Positions 36,233 to 50,019 of a DNA stretch of 64,000 bases are shown one piece after another. Below the pieces are notes generated by a model. That model saw only the letters and a list, made by a program, of their open reading frames with translations. It had not been told where the DNA came from and ran no database searches. A program made the translations under genes and the position numbers. Source of the DNA: Octopus vulgaris (lineage: Eukaryota); NCBI GenBank assembly GCA_951406725.2, contig OX597817.1:9796001-9860000 (forward strand), given 5' to 3'. The stretch's first letter is position 1; each line of letters begins with the position of its first letter.

Positions 36233-36619
36233 CAATAATACACACGCACACATAATTACATAAACACACGCACACACAGATTCACACACACACTCTAACG
36301 TGCACATTAATTAATACACGCACCCACGCGCACAATAAACTCATATATCTTTGCATATACATATTTAAGAGTGCGCGCGTGTGTGTGTGTGCTAGTTTCT
36401 ATGTATGCGTGTGTGTTACTTTGTGTGTGTCCGTATGTGTGTATGTGTGTGATAGTGTGTTCGTGCGTGTGGTGTCATATGTAACTACATTTCGGTATTG
36501 ATTTGAACTTGCGTTGAACTTGTGTTTGTGGTAATCGGAATTTTCTGGGTGGTGTTTAAATGGTACACACTGCTGTATTTGTTAAGAAATATCAACAGCA
36601 CGTTTTTGTTTTGGTAGCA

Positions 36620-36676
<57 letters not shown>

Positions 36677-36827
36677 TCACACACACACAGATATAAGTAT
36701 ACAGACACACAAACACATACATATATATACATTAGAATGTATGTTCATATGTGCAAACACTTACACGACTGTTTTTATTAATGGGAGTCAAGAATGGGTT
36801 ACTGTTTTAGTACACTGTCATACGCAA

Positions 36828-36869
<42 letters not shown>

Positions 36870-36875
<6 letters not shown>

Positions 36876-37145
36876 TTGTGTGTTTGTTTGTCTGTATTTG
36901 TGCATCGCTAAAACTCGAAAACGGCCCAACCAGTGTCATTCAAATTTTACACATGCCTTACTTAGGGTCCATGCAGTTTCATAGGCCAAAAAAAGTTTCA
37001 ATTTCTTGTCTAATACAAGCTCGGAGAAATCTCTTATCTCTTACACTATTTCAGTAATACGTGTCAAAAGTGAATCAGTAACATTTCTATTGTAATGTGA
37101 GATAATACTTTCAGTTTCAATAGATTCCCTATTAATACTTTCACA
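36870..37145 (+). mobile_element. Probable Helitron/Helentron-type repeat fragment
   Basis: gtttgtttgtctgt..aaaactcgaaacggcc.aacc...ttcaaattttacaca resembles DINE-like core segments; termini not identified. Confidence 0.35.
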
Positions 37146-37186
<41 letters not shown>

Positions 37187-37469
37187 TTTCACTATGTATC
37201 TATATACATGTTTGTGTATATATATATATATAAATATATGTATATATGTCAGAATATATATGTATAGGTATATTCACGTATGTATATTTCTGTGTATATA
37301 TGTGTGTGTATATATATATGTGTATATATATGCATATATATGTATATTTATATATATATATATATATATGTATGTACATATATATATATGTATATTTAAG
37401 TATATATAAGTATGTATATAGATATGTATATATATGTATGTAAATATGTATTTATATATGTATATATAA

Positions 37470-37670
37470 GTGACCGCGTGTGTACCGTTGGCGATTTTTT
37501 TCCTCTGTCTTCCCTTCTCTGGATCTTTCCTTCTCCTATGTTGCCGACGAAGAGCTCCGCTCGAAACGTTAAACCCTCCTTCTTTTCTGAGCGTCCAATA
37601 ATCCTATATTTGTTCCACGTCCTCGCGTTGTTGTGTTTTTTTTGTGCTTTCTTGTTTGGATTATGTTTAT
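37470..37670 (+). mobile_element. Short repeat in a (TA)n tract with a hammerhead-like motif at 37540-37574
   Basis: gttg CCGACGA a gagc-tcc-gctc GAAA cg TT aaac. Confidence 0.6.
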
Positions 37671-37716
37671 ATGTGTTTATATATGTATATATGCATTTAT
37701 GTATATATCTATATAT

Positions 37717-37783
<67 letters not shown>

Positions 37784-37816
37784 TATAGTGCGTGTATGTG
37801 TATAAACGTGTATATA

Positions 37817-39076
37817 CAGGCTGGACAAAATAATGGAAACACCTACCATCATAGCATCATAATTTTGAAATATCTCTCAAAACATCAAAAGCTTGTATAT
37901 TTTTATGTTTTCTTTAGTTATTATTGGTGTTGCTTAGTATGATTTGATAAAGTTGCTGTTTATTTTCATATTTCATCAGAAAAAGGTAATTAAAATTCAT
38001 TAAAATGACAGCTCTATCGAACTTTCAAAGAGGTCAAATTGTTGGCGCTCCTATGACAGGCGCTAGCGTAATGAAAACTGCCGAAATGTTTGATGCATCA
38101 AGAAGTACTCTCTCTAAAGTATTGACAGCCTTTGAGAAATAGTGAAAAATCTCCTGGTCGAAACAAAACTCCGGAAGAAGACCAATAGTTTGAGATAGGG
38201 ACCGTCGAAATCTTACGCGAATTGTTAGAAAGCATCACAAAAGTACAGCTCCCATAACTACTGCAGAGCTTAATGACCACCTCGAGAACCCAGTTTCCAT
38301 AAAATCTGTTCGCTGGGAGTTCAACAAAGCCGTATTTCACGGGAGTGCTTCAATCAGAAAACCACTACTTTCAAAAACAAACGTTGCAAATCATTTAGAA
38401 TGGGGTAAAAACCTACAGAATTGGTCCCTTGAGCAGTGAAAGAATGTTACTTTCTCGGACGAATCATCCTTTACCTTATTTCTGACCACCAGCCGAGTAT
38501 ACGTGTGGAGACAGGCAAAAGTAACATTTGACCCAGACTGCCTTCTTCCAACTATTAAACACGAGGAGGATCTCTAATGATTGGGGGGGGGGGGGTATAT
38601 ATTGGAAATCCACCGGCCCAATGGTTTCCCTTCATGGCAGAATTAATAGTCAAGATTATTTAAGCATTTTATCTCATCAAATTGATCCTGTGGCTGCGAA
38701 ACTTTTCCGGAGTTAAATGCTATCTTTCAGGATGATAATGCGCCAATCCATCCATCTAAAGTTGTTTCTAAATGGCGCGAGGAGCATTTTAGGGAAGTTG
38801 AACATCTTATCTGACCACCACACTCCCCAGATCTCAATATTATTGAACATTTATGGTTCATATTAGAAAAATAAGTAAGGAGTCGATATCCTCCGCCATC
38901 ATCACAAGAACTGGAGACTGCTTGAGCTGAAGAATGGACAAAAATAATGCAAACTTTGCATGAGTCCATACCTCGGAGAATTCAATCTGTAATTACTGCC
39001 AAAGGCGGTCCTACCTCATATTAAAATAAATTTGTTTGAAATTTTAAGATGTTTCTATTATTTTGTCTAACCCCTC
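37817..39076 (+). mobile_element. Tc1-like DNA transposon with a dead transposase (~38005-39023)
   Basis: TIRs caggctggacaaaataatggaaaca / tgtttctattattttgtctaacccct flanked by TA; peptides LSNFQRGQIVG, FSDESSF, FQDDNAPIH, SPDLNIIEHLW, GGPTSY*. Confidence 0.93.
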
Positions 39077-39122
39077 TATCTCTATATATATTTGCACATA
39101 TATGTATACTTATACATATATA

Positions 39123-39246
39123 TATCACTGTGATCACCGTGACCGACCAGGCTATCAGATGTTGCTACACATCGCTAGTCACAATGCGCTTCGCATTGTT
39201 TTAGCCATCAAATGACGCCACCTGGCTGGCTAAGCGAGCAGGCCAA
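39123..39246 (+). mobile_element. Short interspersed repeat fragment (probably a SINE/LINE 3' end)
   Basis: GC-rich island between TA tracts; family not resolved. Confidence 0.35.
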
Positions 39247-39537
39247 TATATATATATATATATATATAATTACATACAAAATTATAACAAAGGGTTGTCT
39301 TCATGCCTCAAAATGCACAGTAAGAAATAGATGCTAAAATCTTTTTTACTACCTTAAATTCACTCCATCATCGAAACTGCATTTACTGCGGTCTAGATCT
39401 TAACACACACGTGGGTATAAAAGAAAGATATGAATTATACCGGTATTATATTTTTACGAGTATGGATAGATACCGGGTATACGATGACGCTGATCACGTG
39501 CATATTTTGAAATACTCGTGAACTGATACGAAATACT

Positions 39538-39596
39538 ATGCTGAGGAGTAACAGTAAGTAAAATTATCTTTTACTTTAATTTCGAAACGCGTACAT
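39538..39596 (+). ncRNA. Minimal type I hammerhead ribozyme motif
   Basis: atg CTGAGGA g..aagtaaaa-ttatc-ttttactt..c GAAA c-gc-g TA cat: intact core, atg/cat helix I, palindromic acgcgt helix III. Confidence 0.7.
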
Positions 39597-39662
39597 TGTC
39601 ATGATTGATCGCTAAATGCACAATATTTTTTATACTCTGTATCTGTTTATTTCCTCATATTC

Positions 39663-39698
39663 CTTTGTGCTGAAGAGCGTAGGCTCGAAACGTAAAAG
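39663..39698 (+). ncRNA. Degenerate hammerhead-like motif
   Basis: cttt gtgctga a gagc-gtag-gctc GAAA cg TA aaag; helices intact, 5' core differs from CUGANGA at two positions. Confidence 0.45.
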
Positions 39699-39794
39699 AC
39701 TTTCTCACTTTCCCGAGCGTCAAACACCTTGTTGATCATACACTTGTCTTCATCTTTTGTTTTTCTATAAACTTCAAATCTATATATGTATATA

Positions 39795-41060
39795 TGTTGG
39801 GTTGGCAACTAAGTTCCCGGCTCTTTTTAAATTAAATTTTTTTAAACGTTTAATGAAAAATAACAACTAATTAACCAATAATGCATTGACACTTGTTGTT
39901 TACAACTTCTTCCCAAAGTTCAACAAGATTTTCAATACCTCGTAGGTAGAAATCACCCGATTTCGACTCGAAAAATTGATCCAACCAAGATCTCAATTCT
40001 GCATCAGTATCGAATGAAACTCCGCGCATAGCATTTGAAAGAGATCGAAAGAGGTAGAAATCCGTTGGTGCCAAATCAGGAGAGTACGGCGGGTGTGGCA
40101 GCACTTCTCAGCTATGCGTTTGAATGGCTTCCTTGGTCATATTGGCGATATGAGGTCGGGCGTTGTCGTGCAGCAGAAGAGCTCCATGCTGCCGATTAGG
40201 TCTTTTCTCTTGAATAGCCGTGTTGAGTTGTTCCAGCTGTTGAACATAGAGTTCCGCGTTGACCGTTTGGTTCCGTTCAAGCAATTCGTAATGGATAATC
40301 CCTTCCCAGTCTCACCATACACACAACATCGTTTTATGCGGATGAAGATCTTGTTTCACTCGCGGTATCGCTTTTTTACAGGGGCTAAGCCATTCCTTAC
40401 GCTGCTTAATATTGATGTACAGGCACCATTTTACGTCACCAGTAATGATTCGGTAAAGAAATCGTTGCTTTTGTCCATGAGCGGTGATGAGCAAGCAAAC
40501 CAGCAGAGATTGTGGCTCGTTGATTTTTGTCGTCACTTAAAGCATGCGGAACCCATGCTCCATACTTCTGAAACTTTCCCATTGGGTGAAGATGCTTCTC
40601 TACAGCAGTGTGGGAGCATTCCATTTTCTCTGCCAGTTCCCTTGTCGTTTGACGAGAATTTTCATGCAAAAGTTGGTTTAATCCATCTTCATCGAAATCA
40701 GTTGGACGGCCGGAACGAGGTGAGTCTTTGAAGTCAAAATTTCCATTTTAGTACTTGGCATACCAACCACGAGCGGTTATGGCCCCCTCTCCATACACAG
40801 CACAAATGTCGCGAGCTGATTTTGCGGCCTTAAGATCCTCGATTAAAAGTAAAAAGAAGGTGGTGTCGAAAATGCTCGTTTTTCTTAACTTGACATTCCA
40901 ATTGAATGATCTGAAAATAAACAAAAATTAACTAAAATTTACTTGAAACAAACAAAATAGATTCAAAAATGATTCCAAAATGGAATTCGCGAAAAAAATA
41001 AATTCCAAAATTTAAAAACACAATAAATTCCAAAATTAAAAACTTAGTTGCCAACCCAAT
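39795..41060 (-). mobile_element. Mariner DNA transposon with a frameshifted transposase
   Basis: TIRs ttgggttggcaactaagtt / aacttagttgccaacccaa; motifs WVPHAL, IITGDVKW and YSPDLAPTDF. Confidence 0.95.
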
Positions 41061-41289
41061 ATATATACAAACACATAAGTAAGTACGCTCGGGGTGCGTG
41101 TGTGCGCGAGTGTGTGCATTGTATATATATATATATAAATATGTGTGTGCGTATGTATATCTGTATATATATATGTGTGTATATGCATGTGTATATATGT
41201 GTGTCTTTGTGTGTTTATGTGTATGTATGTGATTATATATGTGTATACATATATATATATATATATGTTTGTATATATATATGCCTTCA

Positions 41290-42310
41290 GTTGCTACGAT
41301 GACCACCCTTGCTAGCTATGCAGATGACACAAAAGTCTCCCACGCAATACAAAACCCTGAAAATATTGCGCATCTGCAACATGAGCTGGACACAATATAC
41401 AGGTGGGCTGAGGACAACAACATGCAGTTTAATGCAGGTAAGTTCCAGGCCCTGTGCTACTGGCACACACAGGTAAATGACGTGAAGACTGGATACACTG
41501 GCCCAGGAAGAATTGCAATCCCTGAGTCAAAATCAGTGCGTGACCTGGGCATTGACATGAGCAATGATGCATCTTTCCAAATGCATATTGCTAATCTGGT
41601 GATAAAATGCAGACGGCTAGCTGGATGGATTCTCCGAACTTTCAGAACAAGAGAGAAGGAGACACTGATGGTCCTATGGAAAACATTCGTCCTCAGCCGC
41701 TTGGACTACTGCTCCCAACTTTGGTCACCACACAATATAAAACAAACAGCAGAACTCGAAGCAATTCAGAGAAGCTACACAAAGAAAATCGTCTCAATGC
41801 AAAATATCAGCTACTGGGAAAGACTGAAGGTATTAAACCTCTTCTCCCTAGACTGGAGGCGGGAGAGATATGCAGTGATATACATCTGGAAAATCCTCGA
41901 GGGTCCTGTCCCAAACTTTGGCATTCAAAGTTACTCCAACCGCAGAACGGGCGCCGCTGCGTGGTGCCAAGGATTCCAACATCACCATCAAAATACAGGT
42001 CCAGATACTGCAACAGCTTGGGTTTCAGAGGACCACAGCTCTTTAACATCCTCCCTAAATGCCTGAGAGACTTACATGGTGTGGATGTGGGTTTCTTTAA
42101 AACTAAACTGGATCTCTTCTTGTTGGGAGTCCCAGATGAGCCTACCTCACGACAGGAGACGCGGATGCGGGCAGCAGCATCGAACTCCCTTGTTGATCAA
42201 GTGCCACGTATCAGAGGTGGATTCACAAACTAGTGTAGCTCATTCAGTGGTGGTGCCCCAGCATGGCCGCGGCCTTCGGGCTAAAACATTTTTAAGGATT
42301 TAAGGATTTA
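41290..42310 (+). mobile_element. CR1-like LINE (second family), 5'-truncated, with 3' tandem tail
   Basis: SYADDTKV, VRDLGI, SRLDYCSQLWSP, YWERLKVLNLFSL..RRERY; one frameshift near 41950; tail tttaaggatttaaggattta. Confidence 0.93.
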
Positions 42311-42357
42311 TATATATACATGTATATATATGTGTGTATATATATGTTTGTATATAT

Positions 42358-42536
42358 GAGTGAGAGAAAGTTGTGGTGAAAGAGTACAGCAGGGATCACC
42401 ACCATCCCTGCCGGAGCCTCGTGGAGCTTTTAGGTGTTTTCGTTCAATAAACACTCACAACGCCCGGTCTGGGAATCGAAACCGCGATCCTACGTCCACG
42501 AGTCCGCTGCCCTAACCACTGGGCCATTGCGCCTCC
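42358..42536 (-). mobile_element. tRNA-derived SINE, family C, 5' half
   Basis: Reverse complement of ~45347-45525. Confidence 0.9.
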
Positions 42537-43309
42537 TATTTATCTACCAACATGTGCTCTAATATACTTACTCAGCGCCAGACATAAATGTACACGTTAC
42601 GCTCAAAGGAGAGACAACCTACAAGAAATAGCAACTAGATTATCAATCTCCTATGTGAAAAAGGAAGAACGTATTGCATAACGTGTGTGTCATATCTAGG
42701 AATTAATTTACAACTATGTAAGTACAACAAGCTACCGTGACAAAACTGGCTTGTCCTAATAATGCATGGGATCAATTAGTTTCGAGAGTTATCTACCGAA
42801 AAGAACATTTAACCCTTTTTTTCTGTATTTATCATCTTTACTTGCCTTCACCAACTGCCTTTCATTCTTCATACAACCAATCAATAAATAAAGAAAATAC
42901 GTAAAATAAAATGAAATCTTTCAAAAACACGTGGTCTTGTATACAATGAGAGAATTTACAGCATGAAATTTAGAGCCTTACATACATTTCACATTAGGGC
43001 CTTAATATCAGCATGAAGCAAAAAAAAAAAAAAAACGAAAAAAAAAGCTAAAACAAATCCGGTGATAGGAGAGTGAATAGTGATAAGGAATTTTTAACCT
43101 AAAAATAAATCGCCCCCTGGAATCTTGAAATTTTCCCTAAGTTAAGCATATCGGGTACAGAAGGGATATATCTATTTCCGGAACGAAACGATATTTATAT
43201 ATAGATATAGACGAGTAGTAGACAAAGAAAGACAATCACAGATAAATAAGCATTATCTCCCTCTCTCCCTCTTGTGTATGTGTGTGTGTGTTCGTGTGTG
43301 TGTGTGTGT

Positions 43310-43360
<51 letters not shown>

Positions 43361-43486
43361 AAATGAAGTAGTAGTAGTTCAGAGAATTTAGAGAAAAGCA
43401 GATTTATTTAGGGTGGCAGGGGAGCGGACCTTTGAACATATAAAAACAAGATCTTGTTTCTGATTTCATTAGTCTATTTGGTGAGT

Positions 43487-43702
43487 AAGGCGGCAAGCTG
43501 GCAGAATCGTTAGTATGCCGGACAAAACGCTTAACAGTATTTTTCCGGGTTCACCTTCTGAGGTCAAATTCTGCCGAAGTGGACTTTCACTTTCTTCCGT
43601 TTGAAGTCGATAAAATATGTTCCATTTGAGCAATGCAATCAATTTAATTAACTATACCCCCTCCCCCTGTATTTCAGGCTTTGTGCTTATATCAGAAAGA
43701 AA
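43487..43702 (+). mobile_element. SINE family A with a 17-bp TSD
   Basis: Head ggcggcaagctggcagaatcgttag; TSD tagtctatttggtgagt at 43470-43486 and 43703-43719. Confidence 0.9.
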
Positions 43703-44083
43703 TAGTCTATTTGGTGAGTCTTCCTGAGATTAACGATTTAAAATTTTTCGCAATTCGTAATTCTTTCTTTCAACAACACAAAGAAGTAGCCACTGCACTT
43801 ATTAAAAAAATAACCTTGCAACCTAATCCCTCTAGACATGAGCAATATACAAGTAAAACCCTTCAAGCCATTACAAAAACTGAGCCTAGCAATTAATGAT
43901 GTCTTATGTTGAAATGACATGGCACAATCTCCATTTGAAAAGAGAGCTTTCCTTTCCAGAACGACAAGACACTTTAGCTCTGAGAAGTTGTTGACAATGT
44001 TCAGTGTTCAACAAAAACCCTCAATGGAAGAGTGTTTCCATATATGGATCAGTACTGCAGAAACACGCATAAGTACTCTAGAG

Positions 44084-44266
44084 CAGTGTTTTTCAAACTT
44101 TTTTGCCACGACCCTCTAAAGGGTCGGGACCCACAGTTTGAAAAGCGCTCGTTTATATTCTGAACTTCGCACTCACTTACGTTTTTTTCTTTCCTTTCTT
44201 TTTTTTGCGACCTATTTTATCTCGCGACTAACTGAAGGGTTGGGATGCACAGTTTGAAAAATGCTG
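44084..44266. mobile_element. hAT (Charlie-like) MITE
   Basis: TIRs cagtgtttttcaaact / agtttgaaaaatgctg; 8-bp TSD ctctagag/ccctagag; internal second copy of the right end at ~44118-44149. Confidence 0.85.
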
Positions 44267-45344
44267 CCCTAGAGTGTATCCAAACAAAATATCCCACTCA
44301 AATTACCTCCCATAGATGTACTGACACCTCACTCTGTCTTTTATAGTCCTACCCAATATATTTTGATCCTCAGAATTAATTGATTACATTACGTACAGCC
44401 GCCACCCACAACCACTCTTCTCAGACGATTGACAACTTTTCGTTTTGTCTTCCATGCTAGCCATTACACTGACCAGTACGTCTGATCCTTGCTTTCAAAA
44501 ACGTCGAACCTATATCATTCTCTTTCTACCCGTTTTTTTTCTCTCAAGTAGTAACGAAATATACATGAACGACTCTTCTTTCGGAGGTATTCCTCCTCAA
44601 CTAAACCATAAAGAAATGTATCTTTTCATAACTTTTATCAGACACAAATATGTTATTTTGACTACTTCATCTTTTGTGTTCCTTGTTGTTTGTCCATTTC
44701 CTCTGATTCCATCCAATGATAAAAATGTGCGCATGGTAGGAGATTATTTCAGAATAATCTTGAACATGAGAAATATGGATGTGGTATTGATCTTTACAAT
44801 AAATATGGATTCCTTCTTGCTTACTGTTAAATGCTGCTTGAGTGGAATATTCCAACTGGACAATATGATGAAAGTATATATTGATAGAAAAATAGTGTCT
44901 ATTTTGGGAATGTTGCTGAGATTAACAGTTGGAAAATTGCAGAGTTGAAATAATCAAGGAGAATGGAGCGTTTGCTGTATCATCATCGTATTTCTAAAAA
45001 AATGTGTATATCTATATTCAGTACATATATACTGAACATACTGAATATATACTGTTCCATTAGACAGTGTAGTTGTTGCTCATGTTTAGATCCTGGTCAA
45101 ACCTGTTCGAACAGACCTGTACTCAAAATCATTTTAACCACTGTCCCTCCCGTCTTTTTAATGGTATTGAGATAACGTTATTCATGTTATCTGTATTTTA
45201 AAAACGATAAGTTTTGATTTAAGGATGAAAATAAAATCTATACCGTGGGAGAAATGAATAGAATATCATCGGGGCCTGTAAATTTCCTAAAGTTCACACG
45301 TAGAATATACAGTTCACGTAGAGCATGAACTATATGGGTGTGTT

Positions 45345-45729
45345 GTGGAGGCGCAATGGCCCAGTGGTTAGGGCAGAGGACTCGCAGTCGGAGGATCGCG
45401 GTTTCGATTCCCAGACCGGGCGTTGTGAGTGTTTATTGAGCGAAAACAGCTAAAAGCTCCACGAGGCTCCGGCAGGGATGGTGGTGATCCCTGCTGTACT
45501 CTTTCACCACAACTTTCTCTCACTCTTACTTCCTGTTTCTGTTGTACATGTATTTCAAAGGGCCGGCCTTGTCACTCTCTGTGTCACGCTGAATATCCCC
45601 GAGAACTACGTTAAGGGTACACGTATCTGTGGAGTGCTCAGCCACTTACACGTTAATTTCACGAGCAGGCTGTTTCGTTGATCGGATCAACCGGAACCCT
45701 CGTCGTCGTAACCGACGGAGTGCTTCCTC
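45345..45729 (+). mobile_element. tRNA-derived SINE, family C, full length, 13-bp TSD
   Basis: A box tggcccagtgg and B-box-like ggtttcgattccc; TSD atatgggtgtgtt at 45332-45344 and 45730-45742. Confidence 0.93.
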
Positions 45730-48142
45730 ATATGGGTGTGTTACATATGCTACCTGAATTAGTCTATGAAGTTTTGTTGCAAAGTAAATTTGAGGGCAAA
45801 TAAAATAGAAAGATACTGGCACCGTCCAAATTTGTTTTCTTGGAAAGGAGAAAGAAACACCCTTAAGTGAGTTTAAATGCGCTAGTCGCATACAGCTAAA
45901 ACCTATTTTGTCTCTTTAAGAGTTACTATGAAATTCTTGTGGCTAGTATCAAACGTTTGTCAATTGACATCAGCGGATGACGACAATGAAAATTAAAACT
46001 TACCTTTCAAAGGAAGTCGTAGACACAAGTAAAAATTAATTATTCGTTTGATGTAGATTACTGTTGCTAATGCTAGCCAATGGCCAACACAAAAAGAAAC
46101 TAGACAATGTGTAGAATAACAACTTTGTAATTATCGATTACCAGCTGCCTAAAAAGAGTTGTCTCACTATTATAACGGTTGATAAAAAGAATGAGAGTTT
46201 AGTATGTGCGACACTCTATTCCTATCCTGTTGTATGTAAGCCATGGAAGCCTTTCATTCAGATAAGTGTATTCAAGTACAGTTGTTTGTGGCATCAGACA
46301 CTATACGTTCTTGTTATTCTTGTTAGAATAATACTATACTCTAACTAGAACACTCTAATTTGCTTACTAATTGAAGCTTTCCCCTAAAAGCTTTTTATTT
46401 CTGTTTCTTCTTTCAATTGAGGAAATTCAATATCACTAACTACATAAGGTTGGAAACATTTATGCATAAAAGAAATCAATTTAATATAATATGATTGCTG
46501 TTGTCTGTGTGAAATGAGCGAAACAATGACAGTCACCTAGATCAGAGTTAATTTCTTCTTCAGCTCAAGCAATTACGTTCAATAATGCCTTCAGGATTCG
46601 CGTGAGCATAACTGAATTCTATTTTAAAATAGCTAACTGCAAGTTGTTAACCTGAGGCTGTGGTTGTGCATAACAGAATAGGATGCATGTGTAACTTCTT
46701 TAGCAGCAAAAAGACTGGGAGGACTTTTTTCATTCGTTATATTTCCTGTCTTTGATTACTACCATAAAAACTTGGATTTAGTTTACTGAATTGGAAAGCC
46801 CTCTGCTACTTGGTTCCTTTATGGGAATATGAAAACGAACTGTATGAGCGGGAGGAAATTTTATTTTACAAATAATGTCTTCAATGTTAAATTTGCATCT
46901 AAGCGTGATTTTCTTAATTATTCTACTTTTCAAGCGAGATAATTCAGTCCTGTAGTTCATCAAAATACTTGTCAGTTCCCCGTTTGTTTGATGCACCACA
47001 ATTTAATTGTTGATGTCGATGCCATTATCAAGTGGGTGGCACGAAAGTTGTTTTACTACAAAATTCAAAATAGAACCGGAATAAACACGATTTGTTCGGT
47101 AAATACACAGATTGTTCTAAGAGTGAAATAATTTGGGGAGCTTAGTTGTGAGATAACCTGAACACGTTACAGTAGGGAGAGGCGCTTGGAAATTTTCTGA
47201 ATATGAATTTTTCTGTTTTCTTTCCAGTTAAATATTAGGGTCTAAATAAGTAACGAGGTTATACGTCGGCGTTTTCTGAAACTCTGAATAAATTGCGCCT
47301 ACTAATAATACTGTTAACTTGATCATTGTTCTTCACACTCATTTTGTTACATTTTAAAATGCTAAAGAGGCATATTCAATTCTGTGATTTACATCATTTT
47401 CAGAAAGGCATTTGGTTGAAAGATGTATGAGAGAGAATGATGTTGAAAACAAAACCCTCGGAGCGGGCGAACCAGGACTTTAGCGTTCTTGATATTCATT
47501 GTGGAAGTAAGTGCTCCTATGTACAAAAGAGTTTGACTGATTACTGGCGCTCCTGTCTAGCAGAGAGCAGTGTAGACATCTGCATAGAGAAACATTGTAA
47601 TCTTTTTGAATGTCGGAAATCGAAGAGGCCGAAATCTGGATGAATCACCAAAACAACATCTGATGCCAATTTGATGGTTTGAGTGAAGGAAGTAAAAAAG
47701 GTATTGAAGGCAGGTAATAAAGGAAAGAGTGCTGGTGCGAGAGCTGCTTCAGTCCAAACCTACTTCGATCAACATTTAATGAGAAAATGTTCAAAACTTT
47801 GTTTTGATTAAAAAACCAGCGAGTACCTGATTCACTGGGATCGAAAGGTCTGGACAGCCGAAACATTGAAGAACTATCCATGAGAAGATATCTATGACAC
47901 ATTGTCAAAAGACATTCCCAGAAGACAAGAAATATTGACTTCTGCTGCTTTTGATTTTGTCTTGTTGATGTCTTGCACATAATGTCGATCGTATAATAAG
48001 ATATTCGAAAACACTGAGATTGGAGAACTACTTCTGTGATCATATGAAGACAGTTTAGAAGGAGTCTTAGAAATATTTTCCCACGATTGAGAACAATTAC
48101 ATTCCACGATAGTTCGAACTACGTTCTTGAAAGTGATGATAA

Positions 48143-48260
48143 TACCAGGAGGCACTGAAAAGTTCCTGGCTTTACGGGTGTCGCGAAAGGCCTTTTTGGA
48201 GGCCCACCTCCCGAGTTCATTTACAGGCCTTAGAAAAACTGAAGTTCCCCTCGAAATTGT
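48143..48260. mobile_element. Mariner-type MITE end fragment
   Basis: taccaggaggcactgaaaagttcctggcttt resembles mariner-type TIRs; partner TIR not found. Confidence 0.4.
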
Positions 48261-50019
48261 GGCTTTAAATTCGTTTGAGACTCGCGGTCTTCCTACACTT
48301 TCTGGTTCTCAACGTTATCTTAATACGTTTGTGAAACGTAGAAACTCAACGATGCGATATCAAAAACTGGAATGTTTCCATCGTCAAATGCTGCATGGGA
48401 AGACTAGACAACCAGCCAGACTGTCATAGAAAAAAAACCCAACAGTTGCTGCATATTGTTAGAGCGAAAGAATTGAAATTTTCTGGTTACAATCTCTTCA
48501 GTGAATTAGTCAGAGGTAAAAAGCAATGAGGATGCCATCTCAACCATTGCAGGGACCAGATGAAGTCTCCTCTCAAAATGGCTGAACTGGAAATGTGGCA
48601 AAGTGCAGGAAAGGGAAGCTCAGAGAAGTTCTAGCTAGCATCACTCTATCTTCGCCGAAAATACTATTTTGAAGTCAAAAGAAAAATTCAAATGAAAAGG
48701 AAGACAACGCAATATTTATCAGCATTATCAATCATATCCACAAACAACGATCCTGTACCGACCTTATTTCACTCGCGGATTAGCCTTCCAAGTCATCACC
48801 CCATTCAGTATTGCGGAATCGGTCAATCAAAAGGCATTGAACTTATCCAATACGAGAAAAAGCCAACAAAAGTGACGTAATACATGCATGCATGCATACA
48901 TAAATACATACATAAATACATACATACACATATTGTTCATATACATCTCACCGGCCACTTAATTATTTTTCTTTGCTCATTTTTGCTTATTCAGCTATGT
49001 CCATATTTCTATATATCTAGATAGATAGATATGAGAGGTGAGAGCGCGTGTATCTAACCTGATGTGGAATGGTACCCTGAAATCGACTTTTCTTTTCAAT
49101 TTTCTGGTCAAATTAATATCAATCACGTACAAGAGTTGATTAATTCAACTGCTCTTACCAAAATGACGTGGATTTGTCCATATATTATGAGTTGTTATTG
49201 AGTTAAGAATTCATATTTTTTTTACTACTGGCTGGGTTGTGTTTAGCAGAAATGTTAGAACCCCAAGTAGAAACCTTGTAATGTTTAGTTACATTTAATT
49301 AAGTTAAGCAGCTAGGTTCGACTTTATTTTATCTGATATTGACAAAATAATACAGCCAGTAATATACTGGGCTCTATTCAATCGTGTGTATCATTTCATT
49401 ACACTTGTGTATTGTAGTGAAAATGTAAGAAATCAATCATTTTTGTTTATTAAAGAAAAGATATATCATCTTTAATGTAGAAGTTTATTGTGGTTACCAT
49501 TTTAATTTCATGTATTTGTTCTTGGTTACGAACTCTTTTGTTGTTCTTAGCAATCTATGCATCATGGCACAATGGCTATGATGTGATGCCGCTCAATCAA
49601 TCAATCGTTTAGGCTTTGACCAAAACAAGGTCAATGAATCTATGCCAGTTAACTATTTTCGATAACACTCTTCAGTTAATGGAAGAAGAATTGTTCAAGC
49701 CATTCATAGTAGCAACATTGACCAACGTAATTACTATCTTCCATTTATATACGACTTCTGTAGCTCTCACTTGCAGAACTTACCACCTAACATCTGCCAC
49801 CGACGATGGCTTATCTGGCTGAAACTTCGATGTCATTGTCAATAATACTATTGTTTAAGAATGATAAATTTGCAGTCTACAAAAGCATAGAGTAACCTTT
49901 CAGATTAATATAAGATTGTTTTTATTATAACTAAACAAAACACGCACGTTCACCCACACAGACGCGCACACGCACACATACACTCACACACACTCATAGA
50001 TATATTATATATCTATATA

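Noticed and set aside
44445-44948. 167-aa plus-strand ORF
   Set aside because: Non-ATG start, AT-rich, no recognisable domain or splice signals.
45347-45420. Possible tRNA gene
   Set aside because: It is the head of a SINE that continues ~310 bp and is bounded by a TSD; a second copy lies at 42358-42536.
46004-46099. Possible minus-strand exon with GTAAG donor
   Set aside because: Weak acceptor, unrecognisable peptide, and phase incompatible with the 22691-22922 candidate.
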